From Chiloscyllium plagiosum (taxonomy: Eukaryota): a stretch of DNA of 64,000 nucleotides. Location: NCBI RefSeq assembly GCF_004010195.1, contig NC_057752.1:8754387-8818386 (forward strand). The letters are read 5' to 3'. The notes under the pieces were generated by a model. It was not told where the DNA came from. It did no database searches and saw only the letters and a list, made by a program, of their open reading frames with translations. The translations under genes and the position numbers were made by a program. This document shows, in pieces, positions 50,385 to 63,109 of the stretch (within the stretch, counting starts at the first letter, position 1; each line of letters begins with the position of its first letter).

Positions 50385-51070
50385 TAGAATCGTTGAATGG
50401 CTACAGCACAAAAGGAGGCCCTTTAGACCATGGAGTCTGTGTTGGTTGCTTGCCATTCCCCAACTCTTACTCTGTAACTCTGCAATTTTTTCCATTTAAG
50501 GTACTTATCTAATTCATTTTTGAAACCTAAGCTTAAGCTGCCTCCACAACACTCTCTGACAATGCATTCCAGATCATAACCACTGATAAAAACTCTTTCC
50601 TCATATCGCCTTTGGTTCTTTTGACAGTCAGTCACCTTAAATCTGTGCCCTCTGGTTCTTGATCTTTCCATTAATGGGAACAATTGTTCCCTACCTACCT
50701 TGTCTGGACTTCCTTATGATTTAGAAAATCTTGATCAATTCCCCTCTCAACCTTCTCTTCTCCAAGAAGAAGAACCCCGGTTCCTACAATCCAGCCACAT
50801 AACTGTAATTTCTCAGCCCTGGAACCATTGGTGTGAATCTTTTCTGCACTTTCCTTGGAGCCTTCACATTCTTCCTAAAGTGTGGGGCTCAGAATAGGAT
50901 GCAATACTCCAGGTGAGATCAAACCAGTGTCTTACAAAGGCTCACCATAATTTCCTTATTAATGTACTCTATACCTCAATTTATAAAACCCATGATCCGA
51001 TGTGCCATTTCAACTGCTTTTTCAACCTGCCCTGCCACCTTCAGAAATTTGTGCATGTAAACCCTCAGGT
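50385..51070 (-). mobile_element. Old CR1 3' fragment
   Basis: SRTRGHRFKV and GFKNELDKYLK remnants. Confidence 0.75.
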
Positions 51071-52469
51071 GCATGATTATAATGGCCACACTTTTAAAGG
51101 TGTTTTTTCAGAATTATAGAATGAAATGGGAGCCCTTTCAGCCCACTGTTCTTCTGCCAGCTCCTCAGAGGTCATAATCAGTCATTGTTACCCGACCTTT
51201 ATTCCTCATAGCTCTGTATGTTTCTTCCCTGCTTCAAGTTGGGCTGGTCTCCCATTAGAGAAAGAGAGAGAGAAGACTGATGGTGGTTTCACCTGAGGGT
51301 CACCACACTTCAGGCGAGCGGAGAGATTGAGAACTCACGCTATTTGGCATCACTCCGTATAGGAAACCAGCCATCCAGCCAATCCATCCTCCCTCTTCAA
51401 GTATTTATCTGAATAAAAGCTTCTGAATCTGCTTCCTTCTGCTTTTTGGAGAGTGGATTCCAGATCATATTAACTTGCTGCATAAAAAAAATTCATATTG
51501 CCTCAGGTTCTTTAATTGGTCCCTTTTGTTAGTCCAATGCCACAGTAAACAGCTTTTTTACGGTTACTCTATCAAAATCCATTATGCGTGTGAAGATCTC
51601 AATGACCTCTGCTCTGAGGAGAGCATCTCCAACATCTCTAGTCATTATATGTAAAATGCTGACAAAGTACCAACAGGCTGTATCAATTCCATAAATATTC
51701 TTTCCTCTAAAAACTACAAAAGGACATCAACACATGCCATGACTTGAGACATATAATTTGAGTCAGGAAAAGGAAGTTTACAGTTCAATTTCCAATTGTT
51801 TACTGAATTGGAGAAGGGAAAAAGGGGAGAAAAATAACTCTCAGTGTACAGCACTTTCCAGTGACCTCGACTTGAGCAAGATATCAGGTCAGAAGTGAAA
51901 TAACTCTACAAAAGGCTAGTGTCCTGTCACCAAGTCACCCTTTACACATAGAAAGTCCTTGACAATGATCCAACTCCTTCAGAGCCAGCTCTCAGAGTAG
52001 CAGAATCTCTGACACTCCTGTTTCTATCTGTCAGCCAGGGTTCCTTGATTGAACCAGATTAACAGCCCCAATTAGGGAACTCATACTCTATGACATCCAT
52101 CTGGCTGACCTTGTTACAATCAGTATAAGGAGAGGTCGGGAAAGGGTCCAAAATACCATACTCTTTCTGTGCTTCCATCAGTAATGGATATTTAGGAAGG
52201 TCCCAGGAAGTTGCTAATTGAACCATTATCCCAGTAAAGGAGTCAATGAGCTGGATTTTCATGCTGGGGCAAGTGGTGAGTGTCAGGAAATTTCCTGAAT
52301 TAGACATATCTCACCCCATATTCCCTCACACATCCATGTCAACTTAATGACCACTCATGCAAACCCATATCTATCCTTGTTTCTACACGCTCCACTCCAA
52401 CTCAGCCTGCAGCTATGACACACAGACCTAAAGAGCCACAGTATAGTTAAGTAAACCAACAATATAAAT

Positions 52470-52740
52470 GGGCAGTACAGTGGGTCAGTGGTTAGCACTG
52501 TTGCCTCACAGTACCAGGGACCCGGGTAGGATTCCAGCCTTGGGTGATTGTGTGGAGTTTGCATGTTCTCCCTGTGTCTGTGTGGGTTACCTCTTGGTGC
52601 TCCAGTTTCCTCCCACAGTCCAAAGATGTGCAGGTTAGGTGGATTGGCCATGCTAAGTTATTCATAGTGTCCATGGATGTCCAGGCAGGTGGCTTAGCTA
52701 TGGAAAATGCAGGGTTTTAGGGATAGGGTGGGATTGGGGG
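52470..52740 (+). mobile_element. tRNA-derived V-SINE (HE1-like)
   Basis: cagtggttagcactgttgcctcacag tRNA-like head; gtgtggagtttgcatgttctcc...tcctcccacagtccaaagatgtgcaggttagg V-domain. Confidence 0.8.
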
Positions 52741-52819
52741 AGAGAGATAATGAATGGAATAGATAAAGTAAAAGGTGCAAGAGATTTTCTTGATAATAAG
52801 CAATTCTATGCTGCATTTT

Positions 52820-52970
52820 TAAAAAACTTACATTTTTACAGCACTTCTCCGAATCACCAGACGCCTCAAAGTGCTTTACAACCAACGAAGCACTTTTGAA
52901 ATGTAATCACTGTAATGGTTTGTGCACAGCAAACACCCACAAACAGCAATTGAAGTAATGACCACATCTT
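52820..52970 (-). mobile_element. Deu-domain SINE remnant
   Basis: caaagtgctttacaaccaacgaagcacttttgaa...cccacaaacagcaat is the reverse of the recalled Deu/3' tail. Confidence 0.55.
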
Positions 52971-53019
52971 CCTTCTGTTTATAACACACAGTTAAGTCAA
53001 ATTGAAAGTCACAATTGAA

Positions 53020-54050
53020 GAGGAAGAACAGAGGGACCTAGGAGTATATGTGAACAAATCATTGAAGGTGCCAGGACAGGTTGGATGAGCAGTTAACCAA
53101 GAATGTAATGGCGTAGGCATGATAAATAAAGGCAGAGAGTATAAAGACAAGGAAGTTATGTCAGACCTGCATTAAACACCAGTTTGGCCTCAAATGGACC
53201 ACTCTGTCTTCAATATGCAGGTGGACTGCAAAAAATCAGGTTGGTAACGGATGCCAAGACAAGGAATTTATAGAATATTTACAAGATGGCTTTTTGGAGT
53301 AGCTTGTGGTGGAGCCCACTAGGGAACAAGCAAGTCTGGATTCGGTGACTTGCAATGAGGCAAACTTGTTTAGGGAGATTAAAGGTAAGGAACTCCTAAG
53401 GGGGAGTGACTATAACATGATAAAGTTCACTCTGCAGTCTGGGAGGGAGAAGCTGGAATCAAATGTAACAGTTTCACAATTGAGGAAAGGTAACTACAAA
53501 GACATGAGCGAGGAGCTGGCCAGAGGTGATTAGAAGGGGAGGCTGGCAGGGAAGACAATGGAACAATGGAATTTCTGGGAATAATTTGGGAAGCCTCGCA
53601 GAAATTCACAAGAATGCTTCCAAGGATGAGAAATTTCAGTTATGTAGATAAAAATTGGGACTGGTTTTCATGGAGAAGAGAAGATTAAGATGAGATTTGT
53701 TTCAAAATCATGAGGGGCCTGGACAGATTAGATGGGCAAAAATTATTTCCATTGGTGTAAAGACAGGGAAGAGGATGCTGATTGTAGCTAACTAGCAAAA
53801 AAAAAAGCAATAGAAACATGAGGAAAAATGTTTTTTTGCAGTAAGTGATTAGGATCTGGAATGCACTACTTAAGTGTGTAGTGGAGGTCGGTTCAATTGA
53901 AGCTTTCAAGATGAAACTGGACGTTATTTGAACAGGAAGAAAGTGCAGGGGTATAGGGAAAAGGTGGGAGACTGACACTAGGTAAATTATTCCGATGGAA
54001 TGCCACTGCAGACATGATGAACAGAGTAGCCTCCCCTCTGTACTGTACGG
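53020..54050 (+). mobile_element. Composite old CR1 fragments
   Basis: QRDLGV remnant; inserted endonuclease piece (EPTREQASLD, SDYNMI); CR1 3' region. Confidence 0.7.
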
Positions 54051-56114
54051 ATATCAGTCCATGAAAATTAAACTAGAATTTATTTGTTCCCCAAAAAATG
54101 CAAACTGAACTATGCAGTGAGAACACTTCTTGTACAAACGACAGATGGTAAGATGTTATAACCTTAAATATTGGAAAGGATAAGAAGAAGGGAGAGGCTG
54201 GAGTGAATTTTGTCTCTCCAAAAAGCTGTTGGCCATGCACAAATTTCAGAAAAGAGCAATTCCGTGAACATATTTTGATAAAAATTGCTAGTTTTAGTGA
54301 ATGATTTTCAGTCATTCCAAACCTATTTTTTGTACCTGCTAAAATAAGTAGAGAAGAACCAAATGAAGTTTTAATATCAAACACACTTTAATTTTCATTT
54401 CTAGTCAAAACAACCAACACGATTGTACTTAAGGCCTTCTAGATGGGAAAGATTTTGACTTTGCAATTTAAAGAAAGCAAGGCTCTTTATAAAAGTCAGA
54501 GGTAAAGGCTTGGCTAAAGTTGAGTCTATCAACACCACATTAATCAGCTCTAGTTCCTTATGTTACAAGGAATAACATAAGCATAGTTGCATCAGGTAAA
54601 GATATCCTGCTTGAGGCAAAACCTACATAATGGTTAGCAGCTTGATTATCTAGAAACAAAACCTACAGGATCTTGGTGGCAGATATTGGAAAAACTATTG
54701 AATATCAACTGGAAAACAGCCTTCAGAATTCAGACAATCCGCAGCATCAGCTTCTAAGATTATACAGCTATGTAGATAGGACACTGACAAGCCAGAAGGC
54801 AAAACTGATTTATTTCTGATTAAAATCTAAATTCTTTCAAATTAGAAGAAACTTCTAAAGGTACTTTACTTAAAGCTAAAGGGGCAGAAGTTGCAAATAC
54901 AAGCAAGGCTGAAAGCTAGAGACCTGTACAGTGGCAATGTATAATCTACCACTCTCCATGTCTCTATCAAAAATATACCAAAGCGCCTGCAGGTTTGATT
55001 TTGAAAAAATAGCAAGAGTTAAAGAGCTCTAAAAGCACAGCTCCAAAGCTTTCCCAAAAAAAATACAGCAACACAAAAACACACTTCAAAAGGCTTTTCA
55101 ATGCTAAGAAGCCTTACCTCTGTATAAAGCTTGCTTGGTTCTACTATTTTCTTTCTCCATCAGCCATACAGATATGCAGATAGGACATTGACAAACCAGA
55201 AGGCAGATCTGACTTATTTCTGGTAAACAGCACCAAAATAAAGTTAAAGCTGGCACGACATCATCATTCCATTGTTTGGCATGAACGCTGCCTACAGGGT
55301 GTAAGCTGCAACTTTAAAAACTACAAGCCTGTAGTTGTCAAACCAATATTCTTAAAGGGGCCAAGGCCAGTAAAGGAGCAGCAACAAGAAAAACACTGGA
55401 AATGGAGGCATTCATGGGAAAAAACAATAGAATGGGTGAAGCAAAACCAATAAAAAAAATAAACAAACAAACACTCTACCTCTTGACGAAAAGCAAAGAG
55501 AAATGAAAGCAAATGCAAAAAATGAAATGTAAATACTTACTTGTAAATTGAACTTTCAATTATATCTTTTCTGAATTACAACTATTCAAACAAAGTAAGC
55601 ATTTTACAGATCAAGCCATAAATTAGCCTCGGAGGAGAATTCCAAAAACAAATGCTGGCACTAGTGAGGTGGAGCTTCACAGAATTGACGTATCTGGTCT
55701 TTCTGTGAAGAATCAGTAAGATCCACAAAAGATGCAGCAAGTTCTGAAAGATCAGCTCAAGATAAGCATTAACTTCTGGATTGACTGACTCCAACTTATG
55801 TCATACAGACAGCAACCCCAAGAGTCTATTGACTAATTTGTCAGATGATGCTACAGCAGAGGCATGAGTGTGACCTCTCCAAAGAAGAACTGTCAGAGAA
55901 GGTCATTCAATTTGTCATTGCCTCTACACCAATTAAAACCTTCAGAAAGTGTCCTTTGGGAAAGAAAAAGAGCCATATCATTGATGTGTTACATGAAGAT
56001 AGACACAAGCATAAAGCCATAGTGGAAGGTTAACAATAATTTGTGCCTAATAATAATTAGTGCAGCCAACACCATTGCTATGGTCAGCAGAGCACACCAA
56101 GCCAACAAAATCTG

Positions 56115-56285
56115 CAACATTTAAGAGGCATTTTGATGGATATATGAGTAGGAAGGGTTTGGAGGGATATGGGCCGGGTGCTGGCAGGTGGGACTAGATT
56201 GGGTTGGGATATCTGGTCGGCATGGATGGGTTGGACCGAAGGGTCTGTTTCCATGTTGTACATCACTATGACTCTATGACTCTAC
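56115..56285 (+). mobile_element. CR1 3' terminal stub
   Basis: Conserved 3' UTR ending ctatgactctatgactcta. Confidence 0.88.
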
Positions 56286-57264
56286 TGTTTTTCTTGCTAT
56301 CCATAAAGCATGCAACATCAAGGGACATTAGGTGAATGTGCAGGAAATCTGGTTTGAAAGGTAAAGCTAGATTCCAGAACAAAACATAAATTACCAACAA
56401 GCTGGTACAATGTCACATCACAGGCAAGGAAAGTGCTAAAACCATGCACAAACACAAATACATCAGTGAGACAAATGAAAGACAAATTTCAGAAGATGAA
56501 CAAGCTTTTCACACCCTCACATGTCATGTCAATAATATAATACAATCAGATGTTTTTAACAACCATTAACATCATTTGTCCTGAAAAGGCAGAATAACAC
56601 ACCCTAAAAGCTAAAACTGACAAGGGGTTGGTGTCAACATATTACCATCGCACATTCTGAAAGACACTTAGCAAGTGGCACTCCAAGGTACAGCCTATGA
56701 GAGACTGCCTCACAATATATAGCTGTAAAAAATACATATTTTTATTGTTCTCTTTTTTTAATTGTGGACTAAAATGAAAACACAGACTGTCTTAAAACCA
56801 AGAACTGATCACTAGATCAAGACAAATTATCAAACCTCCAAAGTGTTACATTGAAGTTTTAAATATTAGCTTTTAAAACCCTATTTTACCAGCTTATATA
56901 ATTATCCAATTGACCACACATGCTCATGTACAAAACCATGTATATCCGTTTGGGATAATTTCTTTATCTTTGGTACAAGATGCATGTTATCGCATGTCTT
57001 ACAGCAGTGTACCATTTATGTATTATGGCATGTAACTTGATGTCATAAAGATCTCAGACTCCATCTTAACTGCAATCACTTGAAGCATGAAACGTTAATG
57101 GAAGAATATTGCCCTGTGATAACTGAATAGCCTAACACTAGCCCAGACACTAATATGACTGTGAAGGTAACAATTGTCTATAATAGCTGTAATAAATGCC
57201 TTTTGGATCTTTCAATACCTAGTCATTTGTACCTAGTTTCTAATATTATGAAGGATATTGGAGG

Positions 57265-57640
57265 GGAGGCAATGGTCTAGAGGTATTTTCACTAGACTGT
57301 TAATCCAGAGACCCAAGTAATGTTCTGGGGACCTGGGTTTGAATACCACCATGGCAGATGGTGTAAATTGAATTCAATAAAAATCAATGAATTAAATTCA
57401 ATAAATTAAGAGTCTAATGATGACCATGAATCCATTGTCAATTGTTGGAAAAACCAGTCTGGTGCATTAATGTCCTTTAGGAAAGGAAAAGGCCATCCTT
57501 ACCTGGTCTGGCCTACATGTGACTCCAGACCCACAGCAATGCGATTGACTCTTAACTACCCACTGGGCAATTAGGAATGGACAATAAATGCTGGCCTGGT
57601 CAGTGACGCCCTCATCATGTGAACAAACAATAAAAAAAAA
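57265..57640 (+). mobile_element. tRNA-derived SINE with LINE-like 3' tail and poly(A)
   Basis: A/B-box-like head (tggtctagagg...gggtttgaatacc), body, ggcaattagg...aataaatgctggcc tail, A-run. Confidence 0.65.
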
Positions 57641-58787
57641 ATCCTGGCACATCAGGGAAAGATATCTTGTCGGAGGCAAAGCTCCATATGCCAAACTAAG
57701 TCAAATAATTAGACATCAAACAAACAAAAATCTGTTAACCTGACTATATGACTATGAGAGGTCACACATCACAATATCATGGCAGTGGAAGTCACAAGGC
57801 TCACATAGTCACATGAAACACTTGACTTCAAGGTAGTTGTAACAAGTTTTTGAAGATGGCACGAAGGTTAATAAAAAAGGAATACAGCATTATTAGCTTT
57901 ATAAAAGGATATCAGGGATAAAAGACATCAGCTTGGACAGGATGTTCGTCTTCAAGCAGAGGGGGTTAAAATACATTTCAAAATCATGAAGCGTTTTGAT
58001 AGTTTGTTTTCCTTATTTTCTGCTTCCAGTGGCAGGAAGGTTGTTAACAAGAGAAAACATTATTAAAGCAATTGGAAAAGAACCAAAGGTAACGCAAGGA
58101 AACATTTAAAAAACAATAAGTGGTTAAGATCTAGAATATGCTCCTTGAAAGTGCAATGGCAAAGTGGCTTTCAAAAGGGAGTTGGTTAGATACTTTAAGT
58201 AAAACAAAATGCTGAGTTATGTGGAAAGCAGGAGAATGGGGCTAATCAGAGAGCTTTTTCAAAGAACTGACACTGGTACAATGGGCTGAAAGGTCTCCTA
58301 TAGTGTTGCATAATCTTACTGATATCACTATAAAGGAGGCGACATGAAATTAGGCATAATGTTACCAAAGTTTGTTTTGTTAGACTGCCTGCTATCTATC
58401 AGAAACAGTAATGTTGCCGCCATGATCTGAAGTCTTCCCTGGTGAGTTGCTGCCTGGTAACACACTCCTGCTGTTTGTTATTCCATGGATCAAACACTTT
58501 CTGCCATCTGTTCTCCGAACTACATGGAGTGTAAAGCAGTCTGCTGTGCAGCAAATTCCGGTCTTTTCGCATTAGTTTAATTACCTTCCCACCACATCCC
58601 GTCCTGAGTGCCATTGCAATCCAGTTAAGAGTGCCCCTCATCCCTATCGTTGTACATGGTCAAGATCAAACACTTTCACCCACACTTGGCCAGTCAGTGT
58701 CTATTGAATTGAGTACAGTGTTGATCAACGGCCTTTTGCAGTAGTTAGTTGGGTTTAATCAGATGCCCACAAATGCAGCCACAGGAG

Positions 58788-58967
58788 TTACTCGAATTCA
58801 ATATGTCCAGTGAGATGCACCAAGTAATCGGCTCGAGTTGCTGCACCAGCTGGGAACACAGCTTGGCAGAATTCACAGACTTGGGAGTTGAGGCTTGATT
58901 CAGAGCTCAGCATGGCTTCATGTCCTGTGCAGCATTCCTCAGCTAAACAATGAGGGCTCCATGAACT
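58788..58967 (-). CDS. TANK-like adaptor, terminal coding exon (UBZ-type zinc finger)
   Basis: Acceptor ggctgcag|AGT, phase 0; SSWSP...VCEFCQAVFPAGAATRADYLVHLTGHIEFE*, versus recalled human TANK PIWKP...VCEFCQAVFPPSITSRGDFLRHLNSH. TAA at 58790-58788. Confidence 0.9.
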   Translation of the reverse strand, partial: SSWSPHCLAEECCTGHEAMLSSESSLNSQVCEFCQAVFPAGAATRADYLVHLTGHIEFE

Positions 58968-59044
58968 CTGCAGCCAATCAGACAACGTAACACTTATCAC
59001 ATAAACACAACCAGTTTGTGTTATTGAAAGCTTTTTTTTTCTCA

Positions 59045-59750
59045 TCCACTCATACATGCACAGACACAAACATTCTCTCACATAAGCACATATTCTCTCA
59101 CACACACACCCTCTTTCTTACACACACATACACAATCTCTCACACAGTCACTCCAATCTCTCACACAGTCACTCTCACACACATGCATACTCACTCACAC
59201 ACACATACACACTCACACACACTCTCAGTCTCTCACATATGGAATCCCTACAGTGTGGAAGAAGGCCATTCAGCCCATCAAGTCCACACCAACCCTCTAA
59301 AGAGCATGCCACCCAGACCTACACCCTACCGTCTCCCTGTAACCCCACATTTCCCATGGCTAATCAACCTAGCCTGCACATCCCTGGTCAGCATGGGCAA
59401 TTTCCCATGGCCAATCCACCTAACCTGCAAATCTTTGGATTGTGGGAGGAAACCAGAGCAGCTGGAGGAAACCCATGCAGACACGGGAAGAATGTGCAAA
59501 CTCCACACAAACAGTCACCTGAGGCTGGAATCAAAGCTGGTGTCTGGCACTGTGAGGCAGCAGTGCTACCTCACTGTGTTACCTTAATGCTCACACACTG
59601 TCTCACACTCATATACACACACACACACACACAGACACACACACAGACACAAAGTCTCTCATTCGCACTTTCTCTCACACATACACACGCACACACACAC
59701 ACAGTCTCTCATTCGCACTTTCTCTCACACATACACACTCTCTCTCTCTC
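59045..59750. repeat. (CA)/(CT) microsatellite tract interrupted by a minus-strand V-SINE (about 59240-59580)
   Basis: Dinucleotide-rich sequence on both sides; the insert is the reverse complement of the 52470 SINE. Confidence 0.8.
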
Positions 59751-61404
59751 TCAGCAGTGCATTGGAAAAGCTCTGGTTTGGCAGAATTTTAAACATATTA
59801 CTTTGGTCTGTTTTGGCTATGTTGCCAAGAATGGATAGTGCTTACTCCCGCCAAGATGTCATTTAAAAAAGCAATTGGGGCCTGACGTAAATCATACAAG
59901 CCCAAGTTGTACATTACTAAGGCCCACTGCCTGAATCAGATAGATGTTTAGCCACTCAGTGCTAGGTCCTTTTGTAAATCAGGTAGGTAAAAACAATGAC
60001 TGCAGATGCTGGAAATCAGAGCAACTGAAGCATCATTGCTAGTCAGACTCTTAAGTGTTATATGGATAGTTATCACATTCACCAGGGAGCTCAAGTTTTA
60101 GCTGTGGGCTAAATCTTACCAGAAATTGGCAAAGTATAATTTTTTGGCACATTTCATGGAGGATTTCTCTCTGCGCACCCTAGCTTCCTCATGCTATATT
60201 CTCAAACTTGTCTCATTATCTGTGTACCACACCCCTATGGTCTCCTCTCATTGTATTCTCCCACGTGTCACAGGCAGAAGTACTGACCACTGATGAGATC
60301 TCCCTGGATTTCCCTGCACCACCTTTAAAACCCAGCAGTGCATTGGGTCAGGCTCTGGCACTCTGCAGCTGCCCTTCACAGTTCCTGTCAATTGCCCCAG
60401 ACACGTTAGGCAGAAGGTAATTGTCACTTCCCCTTTGCTGACAGGGACCTGGAGGTCCTGGTGGATGGGGTGAGGGGGAGAGCAGGCAGTCATTGCCCAT
60501 GGAGCCCTGAAATAAAGGTCTGGAAGAGTAAGCAGTGATTTGAAGTCACCAGGTTACTCATCTGACTGACATGTCGGGAATTGTCTCCGTCTACTTTCTA
60601 TCCTGAGGGTAGGAGAATGGGAATATCAATGAGGCCAGGTGATGTCATAATGAGGCGTTAATGTATGCTAATCAATGTAAATCAGCCTCTCGCTTCTCAC
60701 TAATGAGAATCTCGTCTCATCGTTCAATACTCCGTTGGAACCTTTTACCTTTGACGTCAATAAGGTCCTCACTGGCCATCTCAAACAATTTTCTCAAATT
60801 TCTTGCCAATGACCACATCGTTCAGTGCCTGAGAAATTTCCATCCACTTATGTTTTTCTAAAATCTTTTGCTGAATTGGGAGCTCATTGATATCGTTCAG
60901 TACTAGAAAACACAGCACTTTTCAACTGAGTGCCAGCATCAATGACTCTTCGGTGAGGTATAGTGCAAGCTGCACATAAAATCCTCCACACAGCACACAC
61001 ACTGCTTCATCTCAAGAATATGACAGTGGAACCATTCGTACCAACCATAGTCAATTAGTATTGGGTTCTAGGTGGTTTCATGCTGTGGGCCTGCAGTTAC
61101 TAGGAGTTGTGCTTAAAACTACCCAAATCATTTCAGAGTGGACATCTCTATTTAACGTCAACTCATTAAATTCAGGATCCAAGGTGGAAGGACAGCATGA
61201 CACACCTCTGCACCTCAAATACCTGGGCTAAGGTTTTCATCCTGCCCAAACCACATGGTACAATCTTTTGTGGAGTCACATTACATAGTCTACTTATTGG
61301 CTTTTGGATACTTTCATAATTACTAGATAGTCTTATATGAAAATGTTCCAGACATGTTTGAATGGTGTGACACTGTTATACAATAATAAAATGCAGTTGC
61401 CTAC

Positions 61405-62000
61405 CTGCTGTGGCTCCGCTATCTCTGGAGGGATGGAAAGTTCAGGTAAAACAGATACACAATCTGTGGAACGATAGATAACAGCTGAGTTCAAGTTCCT
61501 TTGCTCTGGAACGTTTTCCAAATCATTACCTGAGTACTGTCTTTCCTGAAAGAGGTAATTCGATTTTAAAATTATATCCCCCTCACCCAGGATGTGGTGA
61601 GAAATATCCATAGCTGGCTGTTCCAATGAACTCCTATCTACATTAAAGTTGTAAGAGCATCTGCAGTCATCATACAAGTTGCTCAGAGAGTCATTAACAC
61701 TTCCGTCAATTGGAGTTGGAGGTTCTGGTTGATGAACAGTATTCAAGTCGGCTAATTTCTCTGGTTCACTTATGAAAAAGCTGGATTCATCTCTGGTTGG
61801 GGGAAATCTGATGTCAAGTCTGGAACAATACTCAAGCTCCTTGCCATGTTTTCTGTCCACCATAATGCCTTGAGAATCAGTAGGAACATTGCAGGCAGCT
61901 ACCTGGAGGACTTTCTGCTTCTGTGGTCTGAGAAAGGGTCCTTCAGATTGGTCTGGCTTCCCAGCATCTGTGCACTGTATTGGCAGAGTGAATGGCCTTT
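61405..62000 (-). CDS. TANK-like adaptor, penultimate coding exon (TRAF-binding motif)
   Basis: Polypyrimidine tract + ttcag| acceptor (phase 1); PIQCTD at 61983-61966; LDIRFPP and SFFISEPE resemble TANK FNVKFPP and STFLHSTPE; ends EPQQ|gtaggc (phase 0), in frame with 58967. Confidence 0.88.
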
Positions 62001-62229
62001 CTGAAAGTAAGCAAGAAGAAGAATCATGAGAAAACAGAAAGATTTTGACGAAAATATATTTCTCACCTTTAAACATTTTAAAAGAGGATATGGAAACAGA
62101 AAATGGAACTATGCAGAAGTTCGGTCAGAGTCTGAGAGAGACAGATGGGTTAGAATTCACTACACGGACAATGGACAATTTGCTTATGTTGAGCCATGGG
62201 TCCACAAATGTTGGACACCCTTAGAAAAC

Positions 62230-62540
62230 TACAGCTGGGGGGGAATAGCATCAAAATAAGAGGGTTCAGATTTTGGACTGAGCTGAGGAGCAACTTCTTC
62301 ACCCAAACAATTGTGAATCTGTGGAATTCCCTGCCCAGTGAAGAAGCCGAGGCTATCTCATTGAATTTGTTTAAGGCAAAGATAATATATTTTTGAACAG
62401 TAAAAGAATTAAGGGTTATGGTGAGCAGGTAGATAAGTGGAAATGAGGCCACAAAAAGATCAGCCATAATGTTATTGAATGCTGCAGCACGTTCGATGGG
62501 TAAGATGGCCTCCTCCTGCTCCTATTTCCTATGTTCTTAT
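62230..62540 (+). mobile_element. Old CR1 3' fragment (intronic)
   Basis: TELRSNFFTQTIVNLWNSLP; 3' UTR. Confidence 0.8.
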
Positions 62541-63109
62541 ATCTCACTGAAGTTTGCATTATTCATGCATAACACTTTCTGGTAAGTTCCAGTCAGGGCA
62601 TTGCTGCCAAAATTGATCCTGTCCACATTCAATATGCACACATTCCAGTGGGGATTGCTGCATCATGTCCAAGACCAATTTCCCTCTGCAATCCAGAGGA
62701 AATGCAGCTAATTGTGACCTACCCCTCCACCACCATTAACTGAGATCAGCTTTCTTGGCACAGCCTGGGAACAGAATCTGGGATTGCTCTGCTCACTGGA
62801 TAAATTTGTCTCTTGCATTCATAATCCATGCCAACATATAAATAGGAGTGCTCCAAGGGTTTTGGTGACACCAACTATATTACAGCAGTTCGGCAGCTCT
62901 GCAACGTCATTGGATTCAAGCTGAAGTGCAAGCATGAGACGCCTGACTACATTCTTTGGTGTCAACATGGCAATTCTGACAGTTTGATAAAAATAAGAAC
63001 CAACATCAGTTGATAAGTGCCCCATTAGCAGTGCCTCTAACCATTGGGGGGGCAGCACTAGTGTAAATACATCAACATGCATATTCACGATATCACTGTA
63101 CATAAATAA

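Noticed and set aside
51885..52125. Possible solo LTR or other dispersed repeat
   Set aside because: Single copy in the window; boundaries and TSD could not be established.
52470..52545. tRNA gene
   Set aside because: tRNA-like head of a SINE that continues into a V-domain; no complete cloverleaf.
58968..59105. N-terminal part of ORF 58788..59105
   Set aside because: Intronic microsatellite read-through upstream of the acceptor at 58968/58967.
59018..59838. 189-aa and 199-aa His/Thr-rich ORFs
   Set aside because: Translations of (CA)n tracts plus an antisense SINE.
60104..60810. Possible non-autonomous DNA transposon with short inverted ends
   Set aside because: End similarity is too weak and no TSD is identifiable by eye.
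61333..62076. Single-exon 247-aa gene as given in the ORF track
   Set aside because: Both ends are intronic; the splice sites define the exon as 62000-61405.
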